Below are positions 62,982 to 64,000 of a DNA stretch of 64,000 bases, piece after piece. The notes below the pieces were generated by a model, which saw nothing but the letters and a program-made list of their open reading frames with translations, was not told the origin of the DNA and searched no databases. Location: assembly GCA_963787125.1 (NCBI GenBank), contig CAWBBV010000001.1, forward strand, positions 96,001 to 160,000, given 5' to 3'. A program made the position numbers and the translations under genes. How positions within the stretch are numbered: position 1 is the stretch's first letter; each line of letters starts with the position of its first letter. The DNA is from an uncultured delta proteobacterium. GTDB lineage: Bacteria > Desulfobacterota > Desulfuromonadia > Geobacterales > DSM-12255.

Positions 62982-64000
62982 ATGTTTCAACGAACTATTG
63001 AGCAGCAGATACGGGAAGGGCTTGGAAAGCCGGGGACAGCATTGATTCTTTATGGCCCACGTCAGGCCGGCAAGACGACACTGGTTAACAGACTGCTGGA
63101 GAGTGAACCAGAAGCACTCTCCTTTACCGGTGATGACCTCTATACTCAATCACTATTGGCTCAACACGAACTGGAACATCTGAAGCGGATTATCGGTTCG
63201 TCTACCACAATCTTTATCGATGAAGCTCAGCGCATTGAGAATATTGGCTTGACTATCAAGTTGCTGGTGGATCATCTGCCGGTTACGGTTATCGCTTCCG
63301 GATCTGCTTCGTTCGAACTAGCGGACCGATTAAGTGAACCGTTGACCGGGCGGGCACGAACCTATCATTTGCACCCACTCTCCTGGGCGGAAGTGGCGGA
63401 TAAATACCGGCTGACATCACCGGAGACAGCACTGGAAGAAATGCTCCGCTACGGCATGTATCCCCGTGTCCATACACTGGAAAGCAATCAGGAAAAGGAA
63501 GAATACCTCTATAACTATCTCAATCACTATCTGTATCGCGACCTGCTTGAATTCGAGCAGGTCAGAAAACCAAAAAAAGTTGTTGATCTTCTGGTACTGC
63601 TGGCCCATCAGATCGGAAAAGAAGTTGCTGTATCCGAACTGTCGAATAGTCTGGGGCTGAGCCAGAAAACCGTGGAAAGTTATCTGGACATCCTGGAGAA
63701 GATGTTCGTCATCGTCAATATCCGCGGTTTTAGCCGTAATTTGCGTAAGGAAGTCAGTAAGACCTCCCGCTACTATTTTGCCGACATCGGTCTCCGCAAT
63801 GCCCTTATTCGTTCGTATGTGCCACTTTCGTTGCGCAGTGACGTCGGCGAACTGTTCGAGAACTGGTTTGTCATGGAGCGCATCAAGCGGGCCGCTAACC
63901 AACGCCGCTTCACCGGTTTCTATTTCTGGCGCACTTATGACCAGCACGAAATAGATCTTGTGGAGGATATTGACGGGCAGCTAACCGGTTTTGAGTGCAA
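62982..64000 (+). CDS. AAA_14/DUF4143 ATPase, runs off the window; not in the ORF track
   Basis: MFQRTIEQQI...YGPRQAGKTT, FIDEAQ, ASGS, YGMYP, D.GLRN and FWRT..QHEID. Confidence 0.9.
   Translation, partial: MFQRTIEQQIREGLGKPGTALILYGPRQAGKTTLVNRLLESEPEALSFTGDDLYTQSLLAQHELEHLKRIIGSSTTIFIDEAQRIENIGLTIKLLVDHLPVTVIASGSASFELADRLSEPLTGRARTYHLHPLSWAEVADKYRLTSPETALEEMLRYGMYPRVHTLESNQEKEEYLYNYLNHYLYRDLLEFEQVRKPKKVVDLLVLLAHQIGKEVAVSELSNSLGLSQKTVESYLDILEKMFVIVNIRGFSRNLRKEVSKTSRYYFADIGLRNALIRSYVPLSLRSDVGELFENWFVMERIKRAANQRRFTGFYFWRTYDQHEIDLVEDIDGQLTGFEC

Overview
A 64-kb chromosomal window from an anaerobic Desulfuromonadia/Geobacteraceae-like bacterium; the taxon is inferred from gene content and protein style. 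The core backbone holds an oxidative-stress cluster (rubredoxin-like, flavodiiron protein, desulfoferrodoxin), larA-glcD-glcF lactate use, radC-uppP, proB-obgE-rpmA-rplU, rng, ahpC, pcnB, uvrC, tRNA-Asn, tRNA-Phe, an EfpL-type EF-P, a cyclophilin, PGM/PMM, uvrA, engB and prfC. Accessory DNA includes a nine-CxxCH HAO-family cytochrome paired with a beta-propeller lipoprotein and a ~16-kb signal-transduction cluster (9.7-25.7 kb). That cluster encodes a CarH-type B12-binding protein (Wx9EH + ExHxxG) and a separate globin-like protein, possibly a split photocobilin-like sensor. Their operon is interrupted by a 6-kb kinase module bounded by a diverged direct repeat. Also present: an AAA-DUF4143 gene bracketed by a duplicated radC 3' end, vapBC, a higB disrupted by a 181-bp palindromic element, and several MITE/REP-like hairpins. 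No CRISPR array, rRNA, integrase or intact transposase was seen. All calls come from reading motifs by eye; no searches were run.
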